A stretch of DNA of 63,099 nucleotides, counting the filler, from Reticulomyxa filosa (lineage: Eukaryota > Protista > Foraminifera), in assembly GCA_000512085.1 (NCBI GenBank). It is 19 parts of 19 records of this genome, joined end to end, with 100 filler letters (N's around TTAATTAATTAA, not from the genome) between each part and the next. Parts side by side here need not be neighbours in the genome. Positions count along the whole stretch, not along the records: positions 22,365 to 24,601 come from ASPP01004177.1; positions 24,702 to 26,039 come from ASPP01041480.1; positions 26,140 to 27,912 come from ASPP01020145.1; positions 28,013 to 29,388 come from ASPP01005966.1; positions 29,489 to 30,769 come from ASPP01042821.1; positions 30,870 to 34,744 come from ASPP01022754.1; positions 34,845 to 37,797 come from ASPP01003884.1; 12 more parts are not named here. One strand, 5' to 3'. Below, one piece after another: positions 24,559 through 35,213 of this stretch. The notes under the pieces were generated by a model. The model was not told the origin of the DNA and did no database searches. It saw only the letters and a program-made list of their open reading frames with translations. The stretch's first letter is position 1; the number at the start of each line of letters is the position of its first letter. The position numbers were made by a program, and so were the translations under genes.

Positions 24559-25139
24559 AACATTGTTTCAACACCCAATCAATTATTTATTATTATTATT
24601 ANNNNNNNNNNNNNNNNNNNNNNNNNNNNNNNNNNNNNNNNNNNNTTAATTAATTAANNNNNNNNNNNNNNNNNNNNNNNNNNNNNNNNNNNNNNNNNNN
24701 NGGCAAACATTATCCAATAGAATAATCGGAAGGAAGCAATCGCTGTTGAAAGAGAAGACTGACGAGTCAGCAAAAAAATGTAGTCGATGAAGCCAACAAG
24801 AAGGACAAGCTAAGTTGAAAAAAGAAAATGAAATCCAAGACAAAGTGCAACATAAAACAGCAACAACAGCAACAAATGACGAAAAGTAACCAAAAAACAC
24901 GAAGGCACAAATGAATTGCTGAGTAGGCGATTAGATTCTACCATTTGGGTCGATAAAGTGCATGACATAAAAAAAAAAAATAAAAAAAAATAGAACAGTT
25001 TCATTAAAGCAAGCAAGACATTTGCATAATTCGCGGGGCAATTGAAGAAGCTGGCGCACAGTTGCAAAATTACTGTCATCAACGCCGAGCCAAATCCTTT
25101 CTATGTCATGTGAAGTTGCAGTATATCAATGAGGATCAT

Positions 25140-25987
25140 TCTTCCACAGCAGCAACACATGCAAATGCAGATGCACATGCATCTTCTTCAACAGAGACCT
25201 CTCTGACGTGGTGTATTTGAAATGGATGATGACGACGGTGAGATACAAAAAGTTGCACGAGTTCCACATGCTCAACGATCCCATGTCCACGCACTTTGTT
25301 GTCAAGTGACGTGAGTAGCTGCTGCCAATCTATTTGGGTACGCTGTGCATGAACAATTGTGTCGTGGAGACTTTGCTGTTTTACGGCCTGCTTTATCCCG
25401 CCTGACATTGTCGAAAAGTACTATCACAAGAGCCACGATTACAATCGCGTTTTCACTTAATGCTGAAAGTGACAATGACAGTAAGACGGATGATGACAAC
25501 AAGGATGAGGATGATAATAGTGATGATCGCAATGGCAATGGCAATGATGATGCAAGTAATGAAGAAGAAAAGTAAAGGCACATTGAATTTGAAACAAAAC
25601 ACTAATACAAAAGAAGAAGGATGAAACGTCGAGCAAATTCTCCACATGGACAGCAACAGTTTGGATGTCGGCAATCGTGCTGTTCCATTACCGTCGGAGA
25701 TCAAGCCAGTTCAAACAAGAGTGAAATCGAAGAAGAAGACTCACTAATCAAATCGATACTGATCCCACAACGAGCCAAAGTTGTATTTTGTATATACACA
25801 TATATACATATGCATATGTATTCATATACATATACATATGTATATATGTATGTACATAGAAGTAGACATGTGTGTACGTCTGGACGGACAAATCAAGCGA
25901 GAAAGACAGTGTGTATCTGCAAATTGGAGTGCTTGTGAACGACTTGTTTGTGACACCAAACTGGCCGCAGCTTTGTTTGTGATTTGA
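25140..25987 (+). pseudogene. Degraded gene fragment of unknown family
   Basis: Coding-like composition, an acidic D/N tract and a (TA)-rich intron-like segment at ~25780-25860, with stops in all frames. Confidence 0.3.
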
Positions 25988-26209
25988 ACGTGTTCCGTCT
26001 GCTGGTGGTATTCGCATTCGCATTCGCATCCGCATCCAANNNNNNNNNNNNNNNNNNNNNNNNNNNNNNNNNNNNNNNNNNNNTTAATTAATTAANNNNN
26101 NNNNNNNNNNNNNNNNNNNNNNNNNNNNNNNNNNNNNNNTTTTTTTTTTTTTTTGTAAAAGACTCTATTTTTTTATTTTTAGAAAAAAAAAAAAAAGTTA
26201 ATAAGTGGA

Positions 26210-26877
26210 CTATTGTGCAAGAAACTTGGGGTGTTGCTCCAAACAACAGATTGTATCTTTCAGCAATAGCCAAAGATCAGACAACATCAGTTCAATGCAA
26301 TCCAAACTCCAAAGTGCTATGTTTTGTTGAAAGTATCCCCAAAGCCATTTCATGTCACTTTTCAAATCCTTTTCTTCTTCTTTTTTTTCAATTGACCATT
26401 TTGTTTCTTCGTCATTTCTTTCGCTTTATTCATGTACAAAAATATATATATGACCTTGTATGCGTATATACATGTTTATATCACCTTTTTTTTTTTTTTT
26501 TGCATGTGCGTAAGAATTTTCTTTCACATTTGTTCCATGAGGCCCCATTAAAAACAAAACTAATATATATTAAACTTTTGTTGCTTGTTATTCATCTCTT
26601 CTTCTTTAGTTCTATCTTTTTGTTTGTGTACCTTCCAAATGTCCCATGCTCCGTCTTCCCAATTTTCCATTGATTTTTTACTGTTGATATGTTCTGTCAG
26701 GTCGCTCTCTTCAGTTGGTAATGGCTGTGTTCTCGGTATCTCACTCCTTGCAACCGCTCCTTCCTCGTTATTTCCAATTCTCGTATCATCATAGCTACTT
26801 GCTACTTCTTTTTCCTCTATCCCAGTGCATTGTGAGCACATGAGCTCTAATATTAATATACTACTTAAAAAGGCCAA
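26210..26877 (-). CDS. Hypothetical protein with hydrophobic N-terminus, multi-exon, partial
   Basis: AFLSSILILELMCSQCTG then an acidic region ending WDIWK|GT. Further coding-like segments at ~26560-26510 and ~26400-26210 are not resolved. Confidence 0.35.
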
Positions 26878-27210
26878 ATAAGATTATAGCAAATTGTTTC
26901 AAGGATTTTTGTTTTTTGTTAAAGATCATAAGGACTTTTCACTCGATGATTAGAAAGATCTAATTAATCATGTGAAAGAAAAAAGTATTGAAATTTCGCA
27001 ACTTTGTTCTTAGTTGCTTGGTTTAGCGAATAGCAAACAATGGTACGTTATTCTTGTGAATACTCTTTAGTACACGTAGTTCAATTTATACCTAGCCACT
27101 TTGAAGAAAAAAACATTACGAAAAGTGAAAGTTCTAGTTTGTAAGATTTGAAAGTGCACACGTGTGCGTTTTTCCTTTTCCTTTTTTTGATTTAAGAAAA
27201 AAAAAATTAA

Positions 27211-27826
27211 ATGAGAAAGCTGTGGTTTGTCTTAGTATTGAGCAGCTTCATGTCAATCGTTTGCCTCGGTAAGCTTGGAAACAAAAAAGAGATAAGAATA
27301 AATGAGCCAAAACCAAACTACTTCAACGGACGCTTTTTTAGCAACAACCAGCAAACGAATAATAATAATGGGATGCTCCCCAATCTGCGTTTGCCAAAAG
27401 ACAAGTTCCGAAACAGTGAAATAGTGAACCCAGAAATAGTGCGGATGTTGACAACGAGAGACAAGGAGTGTTTGAATCGTGTCGATGGCCAATACACGTA
27501 TTACATGTGTTTGTTCGACAAAGTGACTCAGCAAGATAGTCGCAGCAGTGTATGGACGTTGGGAGTCTTTGAAGAATGGAGTAGGTGCACCGACGCGAAT
27601 GACAACGAGGTGCTATGTTTGAAATACACTGACGGACATCCTTGTGGCGGGGTAAACATGTCCCGTTCGACCTACGTACAATTGAGATGTACGAAGAACG
27701 AAGTGGCTCCAAATCATATTGAAAATATTGTGGAGTCACATGCCTGTCACTACACCATTGATCTGGTCATGCCACAACTTTGTCACTATACGACGATGTT
27801 TGTTAACCCTCCTCCAAATAATAATA

Positions 27827-27895
<69 letters not shown>

Positions 27896-27900
27896 GATAA
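27211..27900 (+). CDS. Secreted MRH-domain lectin (PRKCSH/GNPTG/OS-9-like)
   Basis: Signal peptide MRKLWFVLVLSSFMSIVCLG. The domain C..YTYYMCLFDKVTQ..LGVF..YTDGHPC..RSTYVQLRC..VESHACHY..C retains the Q, R, E and Y mannose-binding residues. The ORF runs into an (AAT)n repeat. Confidence 0.85.
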
Positions 27901-28077
27901 TAATAATAACAANNNNNNNNNNNNNNNNNNNNNNNNNNNNNNNNNNNNNNNNNNNNTTAATTAATTAANNNNNNNNNNNNNNNNNNNNNNNNNNNNNNNN
28001 NNNNNNNNNNNNTTATTAGTTATACAAATATACATATACATATATATATATATATATGCATATATATAACTAATAAC

Positions 28078-29388
28078 CATTCGAGAGAACTTTTCCACCA
28101 TAATTTTGACTAACTCTTCAGGCTCTGGACAGATGGTGACGAAAGGTGTCGTCTCCATGACGTCGGCGGCAGTTCTCATTTTGCAACACGAGACGAGAGG
28201 TGATCTGTTGATTGTTGTTGGCCTCATTGCTGTCCATGAGCTTGTCTTGCTCGGGCTCCTTTTGTTCCAGTTCGTCCAGTCTTGGCATGCCCGAGTGGAC
28301 GGTGGGATGAAGGGCCGTGGTGGTGACAGTGGTGGTGGTGCTGGTGCTCGTCGTGACACGCGTGGTCGTGGTGAGCGTGGTGGAGGTGTTGACAGTGGAC
28401 GACTCTTCGGTCGCGAGACGATACATTTCTGTGGGCATGACAGGGAGCATCGGAATGCCACGCAGACGCATGTTGCTGTCGAAGAAGGACTCGCCAAAGG
28501 CGCCGACGATGCCACAGGCGATGAGCACGCATAGAAGCATGGGTACGAGCAGGGTGGTCTCCTTGGTGATTTCCATCAGAATGACGGCCGAAGAGATGGT
28601 TTTGGTGATGCTGGCCATCATAGCAGCGGCACCAATGACGGCGTATACACGAGGATCGGGATTGATATCGGGAGTGAAGGCAAAGCAAATGTGCAGAATC
28701 TCGCCAATGATTCTGCCGACGAACACGCCCATGGTCAAGGCAGGTCCCACCACGCCGGCAGGGAAGGGGCAACGTTTGGATAGTGGCAGAGAAGAAAAAG
28801 TGCACAATGGTGGCTAATGTGAGATTGAGAATGACATTGCGATCACCCCAGTCATTGAAATAGCAGCCTTGTCGAACGATCCCATGCAATTCTTGATCGC
28901 TACACTCCACCAAGTCCTTTTGCAAAAACAAGTCGTTGACGGCGCCTCGAATGGCCCCAAACGAAAAACTTCCCACAAAAAACTGCAGCGTCGAAAAGAA
29001 GATCACAATCACAAATGTAATGCCATACGCGCTGCTTCCAAAGTACTGCACTTGGTACTTGCGACGGAACAACACAAACCACGAATTCATCTTCACGAAC
29101 AACAAGCCGACCACACCACACACCAGGCCCAGAAACAGACAAAACAGCAGCTCCACTGTCTCGTACGTGTTCCCGCCTTCCTTCACAAAGTGCGTCGGCG
29201 TCCCGCCATCGTACGTCTGCAAAAAGTGCACATCCGATATAAACCGCAGGCATACCTTTGTCACGGACGAGGCCACAATGCCACACGCAAATGCCGTCCA
29301 ATAATTCGCAACCGGATAAAAGGTACGTGTCAGCTCTATTGAAAGCAGAGCACCACCAATAGGAGCACTAAATGCCGCGCCTAATGCA
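28078..29388 (-). CDS. CLC: CLC-family chloride channel, internal part; one frameshift at ~28760
   Basis: AAFSAPIGGALLSIEL, LGLVCGVVGLLFVKMN, PLP[A]GVVGPALTMG..GR, YAVIGAAA, ISSAVILMEIT and SFFDS. The frameshift lies in a C-run. Confidence 0.9.
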
Positions 29389-30104
29389 NNNNNNNNNNNN
29401 NNNNNNNNNNNNNNNNNNNNNNNNNNNNNNNNTTAATTAATTAANNNNNNNNNNNNNNNNNNNNNNNNNNNNNNNNNNNNNNNNNNNNTTTTTTTTTCTT
29501 CTTTTTTATCACATTTTTCTCTTTTTTTTTCTTTCTCATAATTCTTTTTTCTTTTTTTTATTCATCTCTTTATTTATTTTTTCCCCATTGTTATTATTAT
29601 TATTATTCAATTATTTTTTTTTAATTTCTATTTTCACCCTTTTTCATAATATATTTTTCCCCCTTTTTTCAATTATCTATTTTTCCACATTCCCCTTTTT
29701 TCAATTATACATTTTTTCCCCTTTTTTTTATATAATTTTTTTCTCCTTTTTTATAATTATTACTATGTTTTCCCACCCACCACCTCTTTCTAAAATTTCT
29801 TTTTTTCAAAAATAGTTTGGATCCTGGGACATCTATTCAAACAAACAAACAAAATTATTTTTATATTTTTAGATAACAAAAAAAAAAGTTAACTGTTGAA
29901 ATGAAGTTTTGATTCCATTTCAAACTTTTCTTACTATGATTAAACAATCAACTTTTTTTTGTTTTTTGTATGGAGGATAGGGACAAAAAGAATATAAAAT
30001 ATATATTTTTCTTTGTAAGGGGGAATTCCTATTTATGACATAAACACACAATTACATTATTTTAACAAAAGAAAGATTATACATATATATAATATAACAA
30101 ACCA

Positions 30105-30347
30105 TTATTCTTCATTTTGCACACCGGACGGCTTTCGACCCCAATTTGTGTGTGTGTTGGGTAAATACTGGTAACTTGTTTCAGGCGGGGGACTCCTGTA
30201 CACAAACACATAACACATGAACATATTTATATATATATAAAGATAGAACAAACCTGTTATACTCCTTTCGGAGACGGAGTTGGCTTCTACCCCGTATTCT
30301 CTTGTTGTTGGTGTCGTTGTCATTGTCGTTGGTACTTCTTGTTGACT
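30105..30347 (-). CDS. Hypothetical protein, terminal exons
   Basis: Two short T/S/P-rich coding-like segments separated by a GT..AG, TA-rich intron (~30253-30198). Confidence 0.3.
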   Translation of the reverse strand, partial: SQQEVPTTMTTTPTTREYGVEANSVSERSITGLFYLYIYINMFMCYVFVYRSPPPETSYQYLPNTHTNWGRKPSGVQNEE

Positions 30348-30878
30348 ATATTTTTTTAAATAATGTGTATCAAATAGACAATATCAAAGTTATACGTTGT
30401 TTTTGTGGAAATTTTACGTAAAAAAAAAGTGTGTACATATATACGTATGTTAGTCAAACTGTTGACATATATTAATTGGTCGTGTCCTAGTTGAACGTGC
30501 TTAGCTGTTGACTGTTGTCGCGGGCACTGTAATCATTTCGGGTCGGCCATATATCATTTTTTATTTACGAGCCATTGTTGGAGGCTATTTGGTTCAATGC
30601 ATTGAATTCCCGCTAGTCAAATTAGAAAATGGTATCATAATGCCAGCCAACAACTCACTTCAACAATTTATTGTGAATTCTTCCACTGGACGAACAATCA
30701 CCTGGCGCATTAGTGTGCATGGATATATAATATCGCATTCACACCTGGCTCAGTATAAGCCAACATGCTNNNNNNNNNNNNNNNNNNNNNNNNNNNNNNN
30801 NNNNNNNNNNNNNTTAATTAATTAANNNNNNNNNNNNNNNNNNNNNNNNNNNNNNNNNNNNNNNNNNNNTCATATAGT

Positions 30879-30948
30879 GCCATTTAGGTATGGCAGTTTT
30901 TTTGCAATCTACATTTAGGTATGTCAGTTTTTTTTGCAATCTACTGTA
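30879..30948 (-). mobile_element. Tc1/mariner-like TIR with internal ~31-bp tandem duplication, at contig start
   Basis: CATTTAGGTATG(G/T)CAGTTTTTTTGCAATCTA occurs twice (30881-30911 and 30912-30943), followed by CTG|TA. Near-identical to the reverse complement of 40460-40496. Confidence 0.75.
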
Positions 30949-30949
30949 A

Positions 30950-31045
30950 AACATAACATATTCAAAATCATTTATCTATCTTAATTTAATATTTAATATT
31001 CGGATCTAGTTCATGATAATCACTTAGATATCTTCTTCTAACTAG
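30950..31045 (-). pseudogene. Decayed copy of the WIR..LGWI box exon
   Basis: Reverse complement reads LEEDI*VIIMN*IRILNIKLR*INDFEY followed by GTTATG, the same donor as the intact copies. Confidence 0.7.
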
Positions 31046-31296
31046 TTTAACTCAATAGAATATGTGAATAATTATTTTGTTTCGTTTTCATCTTTATTGA
31101 TTGTATCTTTTAATGAGTTCGATAATTTGAACAAATGTCATATTAATTTGTTTCTTTGTGATGAATGTAAAATTAATTTTAACTGATAAATTTCATGATT
31201 GTGAAACTTACACAGATAAATAAAACCAAAATCAAAGCTAAGTTTATCAAATTGTGCTTCTTTATTGGAAAAACAAATTATTTCTATAGTCAAGAT

Positions 31297-32386
31297 TTAT
31301 TTCTTTCTAGTGTATTTCATAATAATTTTATCAAAGTCATCGATCCATCCAAATTTTATTTATGAAGTTCGAATCCAATATTGTATAATATATTTTATTT
31401 CATTTTTTGACTGTTCATTATTTATTATTTATCAACCAGTTTCATAAAATACAAATTATTTTTGTTTCATTAAAATAAATAAATAAATAAACAAATCATT
31501 ACCAACTGTGAAGGATCACATACACACTTTAGTCCTCATGTGAGTTGATACTGATTTAAATTTATCATTTAATCCTCCAATAATGTGTATATGATTGTCT
31601 TCTTCATTTAATATTGCAACACAATTAAATAATGGACCGTATAAAGGGAATTGAAAAGTATTATTATCTTCATTATATTCAATTGATAATCCTGAATCAA
31701 AACAAAATAACAGCATTTGATAATTTTGTTTACTTGTTTTCATCATTCCTTGTCCATATCCATCTGCTGAATTTGATACAAAGCAATGATATTGAATATA
31801 ATTATCAATTGGTAAAGTATCATGTTTAATAAATTGAAATGTATTTAAATCAAATACACTAATATTATCAAATATATAAGTGATAAATAACAAATTATTA
31901 TTGCTTCCACCAATCACTGCACGCACTCCAAAATAGTCATCATTATCTCTTCCAATGATAACTGGATGATTATGATTTCTGTGAAAGGGATCCATTGATT
32001 ATAATCGTTTAATTTATTTGATTTGGTTGATATATCTGATATATTATTACTCGAAACACTTACATATTTCATCACCAATGTATGTCTTTTTATAGATGAA
32101 GATCCACCAAAAGACAATAAAGTGATTTGATTGTTATTATCTACCAGTTTTACTACACAGTATTCATATAATTGAACATTACTTGGATATTCACAGATAA
32201 ATTTGTATTTGTTTTTGATTGTATCTACGAATAACAAGCTCTTTTTTGATAACCTCCGCAAATGAGGAGTTCATGTTTGTGTTGTATACATTGAGTTAGA
32301 CTAAGTGGAATAGGTAGCTTCTTCAAAGTTTGAAAGGAGGTAATAAGATGTTCATGAGGTCTTTGTGTTGTAGTTCGATTACCCAT
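31297..32386 (-). pseudogene. Kelch-type beta-propeller with C-terminal WIR..GWI box exon; frameshifted
   Basis: MGNRTT start; FQTLKKLPIPL..ELLICGG, ITLLSFGG, GVRAVIGG and IHIIGG in shifting frames. Intron 31502-31411. Last exon SKNEIKYIIQYWIRTS*IKFGWIDDFDKIIMKY. Confidence 0.85.
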
Positions 32387-32484
32387 GTTGTTAATGTTGC
32401 TGAGGCTTTTTAAGTTTAACTTTTTTAAAAAAAACAACAAAAATGTATTTTGAAAAATAAATAATGTCAAGATATTTAATTATT

Positions 32485-32775
32485 GTATTGAGAAAAGGAG
32501 AATATGACAAAGCAATTGAATATCATAAAAAAATATTTTAAATTAGATTGGATAAATTGGGACCTGATCACTTTGATAACAACAAACAAATTCAATCATT
32601 CAATGAACATTCAGAAAATATGTATTATGGGAAATTTTCATCATTTAATGGTAAAGAATTTGCGCTCTGCATGTGTTTTAAATTTTTACAATCAAGAAAG
32701 AATAAACAGAAAATACAAAGCAATGATAATGTTGGTTGTGATATTAAATTTATTCATAAAAGGGACAAGTTTTAA
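32485..32775 (+). pseudogene. Chimeric relic: TPR fragment joined to WD40 fragment
   Basis: EKGEYDKAIEYHKK.. then LDKLGPDH (TPR, kinesin-light-chain type) runs directly into FDNNKQIQSFNEHSENMYYGKFSSFNG (WD40 of the local subfamily). Confidence 0.6.
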
Positions 32776-32813
32776 ATCTTACATCATTATCATCTAAGAC
32801 AAAAGTTAAAAGA

Positions 32814-34159
32814 ATGGGCAATCCTAGCAGTAAAAAGATGTTATCAATACAGTCACAAATAGTAAGTTTTGTTTTAATTTACTATCTTCAGAAAGCTAGT
32901 TGTCTTTTAACATTTGACTGTATTTAATTTAAGATAAATTTATCAGAAAAAGAAATTAAAGTTATTATCAAATATTGGATTCGAATATTAAATATTAAAT
33001 TAGGATGGATTCATGAGTTTGACAAACTTGCTGTCAATTATGTTATGTTTTGTTTTTTTTAATATTTAATTAAATGTTCAAGTATGTATATTTAATATAG
33101 ATAGCTACAGTATTCAGATTTGATATATTTTGTTCATTATCGAAATTACTTATGCCTTTAAAAGGACATACTAAAGCCGTGTGGAGTATTGATTATTTTA
33201 TATTTGATAATAATCCATTCATTTGTTCTGGATCATCAGATGATACAGTTTGTATATGGGATGTAGAGACTAATAAACAAATTCAAGTATTTAATAAACA
33301 TTTAGGTACTGTATATTGTGTAAAATTTTCACCATATCATTATTATAATTATCATCAAAATGTTACTTGTTCTTCATCATATGACAAAACCATTCGTTTT
33401 TGGGATATTAAAAAGAATAAACAATTACAAATATTTAATAAACATACTGGATGGATTGGTGAAATTAAATTTTCATCATTTAATAGTGGTAGATATTTGT
33501 GTTCTGGATCATATGATAATACTATTCGTTTATGGGATGTTGAAGCATATAAATCATTACATGTTTTCAAGGGACACACAAATGCTGTTAGGTGTATAGA
33601 TATTTCACCATTGCGAAGTAATAAAAGTAATAATATTGGTATAATTGGTGGTAATGGATATACTATTTGTTCTGGATCATTTGATAGAACCATTTGTATA
33701 TGGGATATTGAAACAACTAAACAATATATTGTATTCAAAGGACATGGAGATTATGTTACTAATGTAAAATATGGATCAAATGAATTATTAAATACAATAT
33801 TATCTGGATCAGAAGATAAAAGTATTCGTTTGTGGGATATTCGATCTGGTAAACAAATTGAAATATTTAATGGACATAAAAATAGTGTGAATGTTGTTGA
33901 ATATTCACCATTTATAATAAAGAATAATAGTAAAGTTATTGATGGTAATTCAAATGTGATATGCTCTGGAGGATTGGATGATACAATTCGATTTTGGGAT
34001 ATTCGATCAAATAAGAATCAATTATATATGATTAAAGAAGAAAATGGAATATTATGTCTTAAATTTATACAATTAAAAAAGAACAAAATATGTAATAATG
34101 ATGATTGTATTAATTTGTGTTATGGTTCATGGAATGGACTTATTCATATTTGGGGATAA
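32814..34159 (+). CDS. Box-WD40 protein (intact): myristoylation-like start, box exon, about seven WD40 repeats
   Basis: Exons 32814-32861 (MGNPSSKKMLSIQSQI), 32934-33041 (INLSEKEIKVIIKYWIRILNIKLGWIHEFDKLAVNY) and 33101-34159. All introns are phase 0 and the frame is open to TAA. Confidence 0.9.
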
Positions 34160-34198
34160 AAATAAATAATAAGGACTAATCTACTCAAGTTTTTAAAA

Positions 34199-34350
34199 TT
34201 AATTTATTGACCAAACATGAACTTTTCCGTTTGAATATCCAGCAAAAAGAGTGTTTCCATCATGAGACCACGTTAAAGGAGTACATAAAATGGGCAATGG
34301 ATGTTTTTTCTTTCCTTTTTTTTCTGTTTGTTCTAGTTGTTCATATCTTA
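34199..34350 (-). pseudogene. Isolated C-terminal fragment resembling RACK1
   Basis: [27 protein letters not shown] matches the last RACK1 blade. No upstream RACK1 exons are visible in the remaining ~400 bp of contig. Confidence 0.55.
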
Positions 34351-35213
34351 CTTTCAAAATAATTATTTTATTGAAAAATGAACCTATTTTTACAGTGACA
34401 AAATTCAAGAGATATTTTACTTTGTATGCGTTTTTATGAAATTTAAAGCATTATTACGTTTATCTATCACAAATTTTGAGACTGTTTTGTTTGTTATGCA
34501 ACAATTTTTTTTGAGAATTTGTATACATTTTTGTCGAACAAAAAGAATTTCATCATGTAATTATTCTGCTTGCAAAAAATCTTGTTGCAAATCTATTTTT
34601 AAAAACCTAACTGTAATGATGCCCTACGTCAAATGGGGTAATAAAATAATAACATAAAAATATACTTTGAAAAAATAAGTATTTAACATATGACTTGCGC
34701 ATTTCCATCAAAGTTTATATTCTTTTACTTCGAAACGGGGAGAGNNNNNNNNNNNNNNNNNNNNNNNNNNNNNNNNNNNNNNNNNNNNTTAATTAATTAA
34801 NNNNNNNNNNNNNNNNNNNNNNNNNNNNNNNNNNNNNNNNNNNNATTCACGTTATCAAAAACGTATGGGGAAAAAAAAAAAAAGAAAGTGAAGAAAGGGA
34901 GGGGTGTAAAAAAAAAAAAAATCCACTTTAAAATTTTGGTATGGAAATTTTTATTAAGGGAGAGAGGAACAAAGAGGAAGGAAAAAAAAAAAGTGCTTAA
35001 ACAATCCCAAGCAATTGGAGATTGCCTTTATTTCTTTCCAATTGATTTATTTGCGTACGTGTGATGATTGCTGTTTGCTGAGAAAGCACATCACACCGGC
35101 CACATAAAATGGAACACACACACATGGGACACATTACGACACATACATGAAACAAGTCACATTAAACACAAAATAAATAAATATAAAAAGGTGTCGGTGG
35201 TCGTGGTGGACAT

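Noticed and set aside
27818-27912. Poly-Asn tail of the MRH protein as a functional domain
   Set aside because: It is an (AAT)n microsatellite at a contig end and may be intronic. This cannot be resolved from the sequence.
28750-28780. Programmed ribosomal frameshifting (also ~15680, ~38630, ~60060)
   Set aside because: The breaks fall in assorted homopolymers with no shared slippery motif. Homopolymer sequencing error or decay is simpler.
29489-29820. T/C-rich hydrophobic ORF 29588-29815
   Set aside because: The region is almost G-free and looks like low-quality read sequence after a poly-T at a contig end.
31297-31410. Stop-codon reassignment suggested by the in-frame TAA in the box exon and other internal stops
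   Set aside because: Intact genes terminate at TGA (centrin), TAA (PH protein) and TAG (TRAF-WD40). Internal stops occur only in copies that are also frameshifted.
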